From the IMG/VR virus record IMGVR_UViG_3300031576_000031, positions 1,014 through 65,013 of that record: DNA of 64,000 bases, one strand, 5' to 3'. The stretch comes from a virus. Numbering within the stretch: the first letter of the stretch is position 1; every line of letters starts with the position of its first letter. Shown in pieces: positions 45,918-55,721 of the stretch. The notes below the pieces were generated by a model. It did not search any database, was not told the DNA's origin, and worked only from the letters and a program-made list of their open reading frames with translations. A program made the translations under genes and the position numbers.

Positions 45918-46449
45918 AGATTCTTACCGTTTTAGCTCTACCATCAATTGAAGCATCGGCCAATTGTCTGATAAGATCCCTATCATAACTCGAATCAAAG
46001 TATTCAAGGGCACACTTTTGACGCTCTATGTCTGGCAGCTTACGATCCTGTACTCGATTCCTATTGCGCCACATCTTAAAGTTGACATGGAAGATATCCT
46101 TTGTGAGTTTGGCAATGTGTTTCTTCATTTCGGGATATCTTGCTGAGCGATTGATCTTGGATAAAACTCCGTCCCTGATCTTCCCCAGTTGGAAGTCTGT
46201 CTCGTATCTATCAACCTCATTCTGATGGATATATCTTATCAGTAAGATGGTATAAATATCTATTAGCTGGCCGAGTCCTATATCGTAGAAGAAGATCCTG
46301 TTGTCTTCTGTATTTTTATGGTCTGTGATTTGCTTGATGAGGGACTTCTCTAGGATTTCAATACTCTCAGAACATTCCTTGGAACAAATCTGGGTCTTGG
46401 AATCTACTAACTGTACTCCACAAATAGAGCACTTGCTTAGTGTAGCCAT
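45907..46449 (-). CDS. Hypothetical protein; N-terminal zinc motif and DUF6165-like helical part
   Basis: CSIC...CSKEC; LGQLIDIYTILLI...VNFKMW resembles a family often found near GT genes. Confidence 0.45.
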   Translation of the reverse strand: MATLSKCSICGVQLVDSKTQICSKECSESIEILEKSLIKQITDHKNTEDNRIFFYDIGLGQLIDIYTILLIRYIHQNEVDRYETDFQLGKIRDGVLSKINRSARYPEMKKHIAKLTKDIFHVNFKMWRNRNRVQDRKLPDIERQKCALEYFDSSYDRDLIRQLADASIDGRAKTVRIYGK

Positions 46450-46469
46450 ATGAAACTCTCAACGCAAAA

Positions 46470-47165
46470 TCAAACACCAATTATACCAACCCTTACATTA
46501 ACGCCATTAGAATATTTTTCAAGTAGAATAGAGCCGATAGGAGTTGGCGGATAAAGAGCTTCCTTGGCATATTCTGAATTGTCTAGGAAACTACCAGCCC
46601 TAGCACATTCAATCAATCTTGATTCTCCATTGCTATCAAACTTGCGCAGTTGGAAATGATTTAGTTCATGGGTGTGCCCGAGGACAATCACATCCAAATC
46701 ATCGCGCATTTTCACGATCTTCTCGAAATCTGTAAATCTTCCATTAGAGGCCCCATGAGAAAGAAACACATTCAAACCTCGCCACGGAATAACTCCTGAG
46801 GCGCCATAATACGGTACATCAAGCTCATTAGAGATGATCTTAGCCACCTCAAGTCCTACAGCATTGAAAGCTCTACGCTCATGGTTACCTTTGAAGATCC
46901 CTATAATTTGTTTACGGAGTGGCTTTACTAGTTCTACAAACTTATCCAATTGGGCTTGTGGGCCAAAAGCATTCTGAAATACAGAACCAATATGCTTCGT
47001 ACCACATGCAACGCCGAAATCTAACATATCTCCTATAAAAGCTATATCCCAATTATTCTTCTTGGCAAGAGCTAGATATATAGCAAAATCATCTTCAGCT
47101 TGATCGAACGCTCCAATGTGAACGCAGGACGCGACCCAAAGAGTCTTAATTGGCTTTTCTGCCAC
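46470..47165 (-). CDS. Calcineurin-like metallophosphoesterase
   Basis: VHIG, GDMLD, GNHE, SHG, GHTH. Confidence 0.85.
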   Translation of the reverse strand: MAEKPIKTLWVASCVHIGAFDQAEDDFAIYLALAKKNNWDIAFIGDMLDFGVACGTKHIGSVFQNAFGPQAQLDKFVELVKPLRKQIIGIFKGNHERRAFNAVGLEVAKIISNELDVPYYGASGVIPWRGLNVFLSHGASNGRFTDFEKIVKMRDDLDVIVLGHTHELNHFQLRKFDSNGESRLIECARAGSFLDNSEYAKEALYPPTPIGSILLEKYSNGVNVRVGIIGV

Positions 47166-47538
47166 TCTTCTTCTTCCTTAAATTACCTATTACTTCTGCA
47201 AGATCATTCTTGATTCCGTCAAACCCACGACCTCTTATAGCCCTACGGGTAATCGGAATATAAGACCAACCGTAATTCCCCCATGATTCTATTTTTTTAT
47301 TACAAGAGTCAATCTGATCGGCGTAAATCAGCGCGATTGCAACCTTCTTACTTGGAATCCCAAGGTGAGCCACACTATCTATCCCGATCCAGACCGGAGA
47401 TTGATACTGGAGCCCCATTTCTTCGCAAGCCCGTTTGATAAGGTCCAATTCGGAACTTTCAAAGGCCATTTTCCCAAGAGTTCGTCTTATCTCTGGGGGA
47501 ACGGATAGCATGTCAATGGCCTCTTTGAAAATGCCCAT
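47146..47538 (-). CDS. Hypothetical protein, possibly a degenerate PD-(D/E)xK/Vsr-like fold
   Basis: 130 aa; fold guess from spacing only. Confidence 0.5.
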   Translation of the reverse strand: MGIFKEAIDMLSVPPEIRRTLGKMAFESSELDLIKRACEEMGLQYQSPVWIGIDSVAHLGIPSKKVAIALIYADQIDSCNKKIESWGNYGWSYIPITRRAIRGRGFDGIKNDLAEVIGNLRKKKSGRKAN

Positions 47539-47783
47539 TATTTTCTCGTATCGGGAAGACAGAACCAGCCCTCGGCCAAATCAACTACACCCTCAACTTC
47601 CTTCCCATCTTTATCTACTACCCATACCTTAACGTTTTTCAGGGTCTCCCGAAGGCGTACCGGTTCCCCGTACGGTACTAGGATCGTTCGGACGTGGGTG
47701 CAACCTAGAAAGGAGGCGCTCCCTAAGACCATCCCGAATAGCGCCATCCTCAACAGTGTTCGTCGTAGACAGTTTGATTGCAT
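47538..47783 (-). CDS. Small lipoprotein, o-spanin-like
   Basis: Hydrophobic leader with FLGC lipobox; overlaps the 3' half of the upstream gene in another frame. Confidence 0.6.
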   Translation of the reverse strand: MQSNCLRRTLLRMALFGMVLGSASFLGCTHVRTILVPYGEPVRLRETLKNVKVWVVDKDGKEVEGVVDLAEGWFCLPDTRK

Positions 47784-47865
47784 TTGCTATAATCTCCACT
47801 ATAACCGGCCCACATTCCGCAAGGACAGCTCCAACAAAACGTCCTAGTACCGCCGCTAGATTCAC
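47629..47865 (-). CDS. Small membrane-anchored protein, i-spanin-like
   Basis: N-terminal hydrophobic segment; overlap arrangement like Rz/Rz1. Confidence 0.45.
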   Translation of the reverse strand: MNLAAVLGRFVGAVLAECGPVIVEIIANAIKLSTTNTVEDGAIRDGLRERLLSRLHPRPNDPSTVRGTGTPSGDPEKR

Positions 47866-48081
47866 TTACTTACCCGCGTTTACATCTTCAGATCGCTTGT
47901 CATTATCCCTACTAAACAGTAGCCCTACCGCGCCCGAAGCGGCGGTGAAGAACGCCATCCAACTAGGACTCGTTGCGGGATCACTGTCCAACAGCGGCAT
48001 TAGAACCAATGCCGATAGCGACGAGAATAGCGCCAGTACGCCACACAGCGTCGTCTTCCAACTCATCTTACTCAGATCCAT
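47866..48081 (-). CDS. Holin-like protein with two TM segments
   Basis: SWKTT...two hydrophobic helices separated by DSDPAT, charged C-terminus RDND. Confidence 0.6.
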   Translation of the reverse strand: MDLSKMSWKTTLCGVLALFSSLSALVLMPLLDSDPATSPSWMAFFTAASGAVGLLFSRDNDKRSEDVNAGK

Positions 48082-48100
48082 AACTCATCCTCCTATAAAA

Positions 48101-48337
48101 TTAATGTTTGGGTTCTAGTTTCTGTTCAATCCTATCAAGCCGCCTAATTATCTCTGCATAGGCAGTAGAATGTTGTGCGGTAATAATTTCAAGATTGCGT
48201 ATACGAATATCATGCCCGCGAATATCGGTCCAGACAGTCGCCAGCCCAGAGCCCAAGAGAAAGCCAACAAGAGAAAAAAGCGCCCAAACAACCCTTTTGC
48301 CGTCATACCATTTATTCCCATTATTCTCACTTTCCAT
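48101..48337 (-). CDS. Single-TM coiled-coil protein (holin/XhlA-like)
   Basis: One TM helix followed by a heptad-like RLDRIEQKL. Confidence 0.55.
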   Translation of the reverse strand: MESENNGNKWYDGKRVVWALFSLVGFLLGSGLATVWTDIRGHDIRIRNLEIITAQHSTAYAEIIRRLDRIEQKLEPKH

Positions 48338-48353
48338 ATCATTCCTCCTACTT

Positions 48354-49079
48354 TTACTTGGAGGATAAAATTCCTCTTAGGGAAGTGTCTATCGGAATAC
48401 CATTCTTAATGCAAAGCTCAATGGCGTCGGGATTCCATTGACCTCTAGTAATGGCGGAGCATATATACGACAGCACATACTTCTTGTCTCTATAAAGACT
48501 GTAAAACTCGCCTTCTGGTCTGTTTAATGTTCCTTCGATCTCGAATGATGCCGCCGAGACCCCTACATTGCTTAGTATGTCTTTTAGGACATCGGCTCTC
48601 CATATCGCCGCTTGGCAGGAGACCCTATAATCGGCGCTCTTGGCTATTCTACCTAGCAAATAGTTATATTCTCCATCTGGTCCTGGGCACGGATAAAGTC
48701 TTACACAAACCCTTTTGGTATCGGCTTTTATAAACTCAAGTGCATTCTCAATTCCATCGCTATCTACTTCGTCGCAGATGAAGAAATCATCCTGCATAAG
48801 AAGAACATAATTATCCTCTTCGTCTGCTCCTTCACCCGTAAGAACTTCTAACCCCTTTAATAGATTACCTGCCCACCCCAAGTCCCTACCGAGTATCACG
48901 GTACTTATTGGTTCTTTTGTATTGTCTTTATGGTCCGATATAAACCATAGATCATATTTACAATCAGGCCAGAACTTCTTAAATAGCCTATAAAACGGGA
49001 CTACTGTATCACGATAAGAATAACAGGTAGGGACAACGACATTCACTTCAAAACCCTCACCTTCAATTCTTTTTCCCAA
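48354..49079 (-). CDS. Glycosyltransferase-like (GT-A fold) protein
   Basis: VVVPTCYSY start, LLMQDDF acidic motif; within the GT cluster. Confidence 0.65.
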   Translation of the reverse strand: MGKRIEGEGFEVNVVVPTCYSYRDTVVPFYRLFKKFWPDCKYDLWFISDHKDNTKEPISTVILGRDLGWAGNLLKGLEVLTGEGADEEDNYVLLMQDDFFICDEVDSDGIENALEFIKADTKRVCVRLYPCPGPDGEYNYLLGRIAKSADYRVSCQAAIWRADVLKDILSNVGVSAASFEIEGTLNRPEGEFYSLYRDKKYVLSYICSAITRGQWNPDAIELCIKNGIPIDTSLRGILSSK

Positions 49080-49912
49080 CGATGAATGATATTGAGTTTA
49101 GGCTCCACTCTGGAGTAGTAATTCCTCAATATTGCCTGATCTCCGATATTATTACGGTTACCAATATATGTCCGATAGATTGCTCCATAGGCTTCTTGGT
49201 CGAAGAGGCTTGAATATAGATCATGATCTATTGGATAGAAATATAAGATTTCATCCTTTTTCGGCGGCAGTACAAACCATTTATGATCCTGTTCACCAAA
49301 GAGGAATAAACCATCCTTCCACGGCATCGGACACTCTACTACGCCCCCCTTGGCAATTCTACTTAACTCTCCAGCAGCGGCTTCTGGATCGTTAAGATGC
49401 TCAAAGATATGAAACGCGGTGGCGAAATCAAACTCTTTATCTTTGAATGGCATCGTTTCGCAAACAGTAGCCTTGACGAATGTTTGATCCGGCAATCTAT
49501 CGCCAGCAAACTTATCATAGCAATCTACTATGATATTTGCTCTAGGCCAAGGATTAGGCCCACAGCCTACATCAATACAATTCCATTCTTTCGGAATCTC
49601 TTCTTTGATTGAATATTCCCACCTATCTACACACTTTACCTTCTTAAAATAGAGCAACCTTTGATGCTCATTAATAAGAGAAAATTCGTATATGAAGCCG
49701 TACTCCTCGGCTAGTCGTCTTGCAACATCAAGCTCTAATCCATCGATATCAATATACAAAGTTTCTCCGGCCTTGGTATCGCGGTAAAGATTGCGGAGAA
49801 TCTCACGAGTCAAAACGATATTGGTATGATCTAGTTCCGGGGCATCCTTCACTTCAATAGCCCTTCGGACTTTAGCTTTTCTTCTACTGCCAGTGTCATC
49901 AGATCGGGCCAC
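49043..49912 (-). CDS. Class I SAM-dependent methyltransferase
   Basis: IDVGCG, MPFKDKEFD, FHIFEHL. Confidence 0.85.
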   Translation of the reverse strand: MARSDDTGSRRKAKVRRAIEVKDAPELDHTNIVLTREILRNLYRDTKAGETLYIDIDGLELDVARRLAEEYGFIYEFSLINEHQRLLYFKKVKCVDRWEYSIKEEIPKEWNCIDVGCGPNPWPRANIIVDCYDKFAGDRLPDQTFVKATVCETMPFKDKEFDFATAFHIFEHLNDPEAAAGELSRIAKGGVVECPMPWKDGLFLFGEQDHKWFVLPPKKDEILYFYPIDHDLYSSLFDQEAYGAIYRTYIGNRNNIGDQAILRNYYSRVEPKLNIIHRWEKELKVRVLK

Positions 49913-50772
49913 TTATCTCTGAACAGCCACTTCTCGAAGTATTCCCGTCCCCTCTTACCCATTTCAATGATCTGTTCATCGGTATGATCTCTTAGCCATT
50001 GTTTGATAAGGTTACCAGCATTGATTGAATCTTGCACGCCATAACGGATCGTACAGGAGCCATAATCGATCTTATCTGCAAATGGTGCCACATAATCATC
50101 GCAGAATAGCACAGGAACTCTACCTGCGGACATGGCCTCCCAAAATCGATATGGATACACATTATGGATTGAAGCTGGTGTTAATTGAAGACGACATTGT
50201 TTCATGCTGTTTACGAACCCTTCGCGTCTAGTCTTCGCCAATGCCGGATCGTCGCGCTCTGTATAGCCCCAAAATTCCTTATAGCAAGCTAGATCGGCTT
50301 CATCTCCAAACCTATTTCTAACACTATCCGTAGCATTAACTCTAACGTTGCTGCTCAACCAGCCATGAAATCCAACATCCTTCTTGAACCCTCCATCTGG
50401 AATTGAGACACAATTCTTGAAATCTTCTACGGGCCAACTCCAAGGAATACTAACTGGCATTTTGCGCTTCATCCAACCCTTAAGATTGCATCTAATAAAC
50501 ATTCCATTAGGATATTTATCAGTTTGGAATTCAAAATCGCTGCAATCGTATGACACAAACCGTCTCTCATCTATCCCATAATATTCAATAATTTTTGTCC
50601 ATAGCGCAGGGGTCAATGAGTCAGTTTCTCTTGGCGATAGCGGGACAATTATTGCGTCGGCTTTCTCAATATCCTTTATCTTCTCACCACTCAATCTTAG
50701 ACCAGAATGGACTTTATCCCCACAATAGCCCAACCTTGAGAGTTCCGGCCAATCAATCTCATAAATCTTCAT
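49849..50772 (-). CDS. Exostosin-like (GT47) glycosyltransferase
   Basis: VGFHGW, MKQCRLQLTP, YRFWEAMSAGRVPVL...PF. Confidence 0.75.
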   Translation of the reverse strand: MKIYEIDWPELSRLGYCGDKVHSGLRLSGEKIKDIEKADAIIVPLSPRETDSLTPALWTKIIEYYGIDERRFVSYDCSDFEFQTDKYPNGMFIRCNLKGWMKRKMPVSIPWSWPVEDFKNCVSIPDGGFKKDVGFHGWLSSNVRVNATDSVRNRFGDEADLACYKEFWGYTERDDPALAKTRREGFVNSMKQCRLQLTPASIHNVYPYRFWEAMSAGRVPVLFCDDYVAPFADKIDYGSCTIRYGVQDSINAGNLIKQWLRDHTDEQIIEMGKRGREYFEKWLFRDKWPDLMTLAVEEKLKSEGLLK

Positions 50773-51668
50773 CTACATTTCTCTCCAACCAATTTGCCAA
50801 ACATCTTCATCTCGTAATTATATAATACTTCTTCATAGGGTTCATAGATATATTTGATTACATCTGGCGTTAGAGGATAGCCGGTTCTAAAAGACGGATT
50901 ATTCTTACGTCTATGTTCGTGGCCGTGGTACATCACCAATGGGAATCCGCCATCCTCATTAATCCTGAATATCCAGATCGTATCCTTATCCCTATCATAC
51001 ACAGTATTATAACCCCTAATATGCCAAGGACCATTCCCGGCTCCGTCTGGAAGAATAGTAAGCCTATTGCCAAGTTCATCCGGCCACGAATCAAGATAGA
51101 ATTGGTCTCCCATCTGACCGCGCTCAGTCCCACAATATTCGAGAACCTTATAGGCCCAATTGGAGAGTATACCTAGTCCAGTTTTATTCTTCTTGAAAGT
51201 CACCCAAGAAACATTAAAGACCCCATTTGGTAGAAGTCTAACCTCATCTTCCTTTAGGAATCTATGAGGAACTACTGCAACATCCCCGTTAAATCCTCGG
51301 AATCCTAGCTCTGGATCATTAAAAAAGAATGTATCAGAGTCCAAATATGTGATGTCATCATAAGCAACTTCCTTCTCAGACACATCATGAGTCCATAAAC
51401 TCGCCAGCCCCCAACAGAAATCTCTATGCGATCTGTATTTCTTGAGGAGCTTCATTTGAGAGGATTCAAACTGAGAGTACGGAGTAACTAGGAATAGTCC
51501 GTTGCCTTCAATTGTCCTGCTTATCTCACCAATCTTGCCAGTAATTTCGTCGTTCAAACATAAACCATGAATTACAAAGTTACTCTTACTGCGCTTGCAA
51601 AGGGAGTCATATAGAGCTAGAGCTTTAGGCGCATAATAGTCATCAAAGACCGTTGTATAATGCCTCAT
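50769..51668 (-). CDS. GT-A fold glycosyltransferase
   Basis: YTTVFDDYY, YLDSDTFFF (DxD), GVFNVSWV, GDQFYLDSWP. Confidence 0.8.
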   Translation of the reverse strand: MRHYTTVFDDYYAPKALALYDSLCKRSKSNFVIHGLCLNDEITGKIGEISRTIEGNGLFLVTPYSQFESSQMKLLKKYRSHRDFCWGLASLWTHDVSEKEVAYDDITYLDSDTFFFNDPELGFRGFNGDVAVVPHRFLKEDEVRLLPNGVFNVSWVTFKKNKTGLGILSNWAYKVLEYCGTERGQMGDQFYLDSWPDELGNRLTILPDGAGNGPWHIRGYNTVYDRDKDTIWIFRINEDGGFPLVMYHGHEHRRKNNPSFRTGYPLTPDVIKYIYEPYEEVLYNYEMKMFGKLVGEKCR

Positions 51669-52402
51669 AGTTTCACTGTCATGATGGCATAATGACCATA
51701 AGTTCCAAACTCCTGATGTTGATACTCGAATACAATATTTCTATTAATCACCCTCAAGCAATTCTTTTCAAGTTCCTTATAGAACTCCTGCATTCCAAAC
51801 CATATCTCAAGACACGGCACGTCATATGCCTCCTTGGTAAAGAACTTTGTTGTTGTATTCGTAAGCAAAGGAGTTCTATGGAACATTACATACTTTTTTG
51901 AGACTCTTACTGCTTCCCGTATAGCTCTCTTCCAATCGAAAAGATGGATCATGCAACAACCTGAAATCACCAAATCGAACCAACAATCATTATACGGCAG
52001 ATTTAGCGCATCTCCAATATCAAACTTGATCCCGGGGAATTTTTCCTCCGCAAACTTCTTGAATGCTTTGGAATAGTCTAGCGCGGTATATTCCCATTTA
52101 TAGTCGTAATGCCCATAGCCTAATTTATCCATAAGATAACCGTAGTACCCACTAGATGCTCCTACCTCAAGGACATTATTAATTGGCTCTTTTCTTATCG
52201 GGTATAGTGAATCTGCAAATGCTCTGAATGGTGGCACCTCGTAATACTTACCCTCATCAATCTTGACCAATTCTTTAGCAACTGATATATCCCATTGCTT
52301 CTGTGGAATGGAGGCGTCTTGCCAAGCGTTGCTCATCTTAGCCGCTTCTTCAATCTCTTCCTTGGTTTTAAGTTCCGTATAGCTCACGTTTAATACTCCC
52401 AC
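51665..52402 (-). CDS. Class I SAM-dependent methyltransferase
   Basis: LEVGASSGYY, ALDYS, GDALNLPY...FDLV. Confidence 0.88.
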   Translation of the reverse strand: MGVLNVSYTELKTKEEIEEAAKMSNAWQDASIPQKQWDISVAKELVKIDEGKYYEVPPFRAFADSLYPIRKEPINNVLEVGASSGYYGYLMDKLGYGHYDYKWEYTALDYSKAFKKFAEEKFPGIKFDIGDALNLPYNDCWFDLVISGCCMIHLFDWKRAIREAVRVSKKYVMFHRTPLLTNTTTKFFTKEAYDVPCLEIWFGMQEFYKELEKNCLRVINRNIVFEYQHQEFGTYGHYAIMTVKL

Positions 52403-52556
52403 AGTGTCTATGATCCGTTATGAAGTCGGTCACGATCTCAATCAGATCCGTCCCTGACATCGGGTATTGTTCCTCAATGAACTCATAGTCATGGTAACAA
52501 CTATCGCACCATAGATACGGATGGCTGTTGTCGTTTACATCGAAGATAATCACCAA
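52368..52556 (-). CDS. Small hypothetical protein
   Basis: 62 aa with CDSC and HRHC. Confidence 0.45.
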   Translation of the reverse strand: MVIIFDVNDNSHPYLWCDSCYHDYEFIEEQYPMSGTDLIEIVTDFITDHRHCGSIKRELYGT

Positions 52557-53641
52557 ACCATCCTATTGAAAGTGTCAGATACACTCTTGAGGATATTTTT
52601 GTAGGTATGATCTCTCATAGTCCGCTTATGACCAGCTTCCGCGATAATCTTCCTTTCATCATCATGCGCTAAATAATACTTCAGTTTGTCAATTAAATCG
52701 TCCTTGTTGGCATAAGTTACACATTCCTTACCAACCTCGAAGTAATCATTGATATTCTTACTGAGTTCAGTCATTAGCATTGCCCCACATCCTGTGCTTT
52801 CGAAGCACCTCATATTATTGGTATATCCAGCCGCGATCTCACCGTGCCTGTTGACCACAATTTTACTAGAACTATATATCTTATATTGATCTAGTCCCCA
52901 AGCCTCACCTTGGTAAGTTCTAAAGAGGTCTTCAGTTAATTCATTTCCTATAGAATAGCCCCACCATTTGAAAGTAGGAATTTCCTTGGCTATAAGGTCT
53001 AAACACTCAGTCCCGGATTGCCAATGACCCTCAGAACGTCCACAGTTGCCATTTAAGGCCCTAGAATTGACACCACCCACAAAAGATACGTCTTTGTCAC
53101 GAAAATGGCTAGAATTGACTCCTAGAGCGTCTAGCAGGCATTCCCCGCCGAAGCCTATCTGCAAAAACTCACTTCTAACACCCAAAGCCTCGATTTTAGG
53201 CAAATAATGAGGAAAGGATGTAAAAATCACATCAAAGGCTCCAATCCTGTCATCGCCTGCCCATGGGCAGCTATGTTGAGCAGCTAAGACCTTGACACCC
53301 ATACGCTTAAAGTATTTTAGATGGGATATGGTAAAGAAGCTAAGATCCTGACAGTATAATATATCTGGTTGGTAATCAAGAACTTGCCTTACTGTGGTAT
53401 CCTCATCATGGGAATAGGAATATCCACGTTCTTTCATATAGAGCTTCTGACCAACGGTATCATTCCCGATGATATCTATCGCATCATAGCCGTAACTCTT
53501 AAATGCTTCGGAATAATAGTCCGCTGTGCCAAATTTAAGCGATATTAATCCCGACAATCTGTCGGGATACTTGTCGAAATTACAAATGAAGTATCTCAAG
53601 ACCGCAGGATAATAGGTATCAACAAAGGCTATTTTAAGCAT
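52550..53641 (-). CDS. CgeB-like GT-B glycosyltransferase
   Basis: DVSFVG, YSSSKIVVNRH, NMRCFESTGCG, GHKRTMRDHTY. Confidence 0.85.
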   Translation of the reverse strand: MLKIAFVDTYYPAVLRYFICNFDKYPDRLSGLISLKFGTADYYSEAFKSYGYDAIDIIGNDTVGQKLYMKERGYSYSHDEDTTVRQVLDYQPDILYCQDLSFFTISHLKYFKRMGVKVLAAQHSCPWAGDDRIGAFDVIFTSFPHYLPKIEALGVRSEFLQIGFGGECLLDALGVNSSHFRDKDVSFVGGVNSRALNGNCGRSEGHWQSGTECLDLIAKEIPTFKWWGYSIGNELTEDLFRTYQGEAWGLDQYKIYSSSKIVVNRHGEIAAGYTNNMRCFESTGCGAMLMTELSKNINDYFEVGKECVTYANKDDLIDKLKYYLAHDDERKIIAEAGHKRTMRDHTYKNILKSVSDTFNRMVW

Positions 53642-54810
53642 GGCAAAACCCTATTGCACGATGCCACTTTGTTTAGGGATTCTGCTACGTATTGAACTTC
53701 ATCTTCCGTCATCCCATACCAACAAGGGATTGATAGAACACGCTCGGTCAACCAGCCCGTCATTGGGAGTCTCTTAGCGGAAAAACTATAGGACTGTCTT
53801 GAGGCCATTGTCGGATAATGAACTTTTGTACAAATACCCATTTCCTTGAGTTCTCTGATTACTCTTGAACGGTTATCAACTACTACTGTAAAAAGATGAT
53901 AATTACATGATTGGTCAAGGATACGATGAAGCAACTCTTCTTTTAGCACATTATGGTACTTTTCAGCGATCTTAAAGCGTTGGTTTGTTGCCTCCTGAGT
54001 ATTACTCATCCTCTTCAGAAGAATTGCCGCCTGTATCTCGTCTAATCTGCTATTTCTGCCAAACGGGTAGATTTGTTCATATGAATCATTAAGACCATAA
54101 TCCCTAAGCCTTCTAAATCTCTCGGCACAGAACTCTGAGGAAGTCACTATCATCCCACCATCACCAAGAGCGCCCAAAGGCTTTGTTGGATAGAATGAGA
54201 AACAGGCCGCATCACTACTTAACGAGAGTTCCTTGCTAGTGCCAGCGGCTTGAGCGGAATCTTCAATGATGATCTTATTGTATCCTACTAATTGACGCAA
54301 AAAGTTGGTTTGAAATCGTTGTCCATAAAGGTGAACCGGCATAATGGCATAACAATCATCCAATCTATCATCACTGACTATCTTATTTGGGTCTAGCAAA
54401 CCATCTATTTCAACATCAACAAATATCGGATTAGCGCCTATGGTCAGAATTGCCGATACTGTCGCTGCGGCGCTATTAGCCTGAGTCATTACGCCATGAC
54501 CAGCTTTGACCCCACAACCTCTAAGGGCAATTTCCAAGGCATCAGTGCAGTTCCCCACTCCAATACCGTAGGAATCCAATCCAACGGTCCTTGCAAATGC
54601 GGTCTCAAATTCCTTTACCTTGCTGCCAAGGATGAAATCCCGAGATTCAAAAGTTTCATCCATCGCCGTCCTAATAAAATCCTCATCAAGAAGGAGATGG
54701 GGGCTGATATTATTGAATGGTACTTCCATAAGATTTGAATTCATCAAAAGACCGGATATAATCCAACTCGTCATAGGGGGCATCGGCCAAAACAAGGATC
54801 TTGGTCTCAA
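53629..54810 (-). CDS. DegT/DnrJ/EryC1/StrS PLP-dependent sugar aminotransferase (FdtB/QdtB-like)
   Basis: PVHLYGQ, IEDSAQA, SFYPTKPLGALGDGG, NSRLDEIQAA; true start probably downstream of 54810. Confidence 0.92.
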   Translation of the reverse strand: MRPRSLFWPMPPMTSWIISGLLMNSNLMEVPFNNISPHLLLDEDFIRTAMDETFESRDFILGSKVKEFETAFARTVGLDSYGIGVGNCTDALEIALRGCGVKAGHGVMTQANSAAATVSAILTIGANPIFVDVEIDGLLDPNKIVSDDRLDDCYAIMPVHLYGQRFQTNFLRQLVGYNKIIIEDSAQAAGTSKELSLSSDAACFSFYPTKPLGALGDGGMIVTSSEFCAERFRRLRDYGLNDSYEQIYPFGRNSRLDEIQAAILLKRMSNTQEATNQRFKIAEKYHNVLKEELLHRILDQSCNYHLFTVVVDNRSRVIRELKEMGICTKVHYPTMASRQSYSFSAKRLPMTGWLTERVLSIPCWYGMTEDEVQYVAESLNKVASCNRVLPCLK

Positions 54811-55135
54811 TCTCGCAATAACAGATGCCCAACCAATTCATGGGTGGAACATAAAGATATCTATTATTCACTGAGTCCATCGCAAAGGTTGTATGTTCAA
54901 CATCATTCGGAGTCAAGATATCAGCGAGGAGATGACCCTCCATACATATCACCAATTGTTTCAACTCTCTGTGCGCATGGTTCCCCCTGACCGAATCTTT
55001 CTTTAAGCCTTCAATCCAGAACGCCCTTTGTGGTTGGAATGGATGACCATCGACAATAGTTAAGACGCCACTATCGGTTTTTTGTGACTTCAATTCGATC
55101 AAATAAGCTCGCTCAAACATCGCTGGCCTTCCCAA
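54710..55135 (-). CDS. FdtA/QdtA-like cupin (dTDP-4-keto-6-deoxyglucose 3,4-isomerase)
   Basis: RGNHAHRELKQLVICMEG, LYVPPMNW, LVLADAPYDELDYIR. Confidence 0.88.
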   Translation of the reverse strand: MGRPAMFERAYLIELKSQKTDSGVLTIVDGHPFQPQRAFWIEGLKKDSVRGNHAHRELKQLVICMEGHLLADILTPNDVEHTTFAMDSVNNRYLYVPPMNWLGICYCEIETKILVLADAPYDELDYIRSFDEFKSYGSTIQ

Positions 55136-55721
55136 AACGAAGCATCATCGCTGGATAGCAATGAATGTTTCTCTCTTCCATCATATACAAAAATCCATAT
55201 TCTTCTATCAAACGGATAAGTCCATCCTTAACGTAGCTCATCATATGGTATCCATAATCACTGTTTCTCGGTCCCAAGAGATGACGAATATAGAATTCAT
55301 TTGAGGTAGAGACGAACTTCCTCAATGTTTCTTCATGATCTGGTACATCGATTCTAAGAACTCCACCATAGTCAAGAACTCTATTCATTTCTTTCAAGGC
55401 CAGTCTGGCCTCTGTAATTGATAGATGTTCAAATGATTGTCTAGCGAGGAGTTCGCTCGCCAATTTAGCTTTAACTGGCAGGTTTAAGAATGAACCATAG
55501 GCATCGCACACGTATTCATCGTTCTTAGGCCCTACAAGAAAGTCATTCTGTCCAATATCGTGGCGGGAATAATAATGTTGTTCATCGGTTATGTATTTTT
55601 CGACAAGATCCGGCCTATCGTTCGATAGAAAGCACCTGGACGATTTAAGATCGATGTTCAAGTAGTCTTTAAGATAGACCGTGCCCGCGCCGCAATGGAT
55701 TCTTATAGGATCTCGTGACAC
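55113..55721 (-). CDS. SAM-dependent methyltransferase-like protein
   Basis: IHCGAG...YLNID, FEHL, RVLDYGGVLRIDVPD. Confidence 0.75.
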   Translation of the reverse strand: MSRDPIRIHCGAGTVYLKDYLNIDLKSSRCFLSNDRPDLVEKYITDEQHYYSRHDIGQNDFLVGPKNDEYVCDAYGSFLNLPVKAKLASELLARQSFEHLSITEARLALKEMNRVLDYGGVLRIDVPDHEETLRKFVSTSNEFYIRHLLGPRNSDYGYHMMSYVKDGLIRLIEEYGFLYMMEERNIHCYPAMMLRFGKASDV

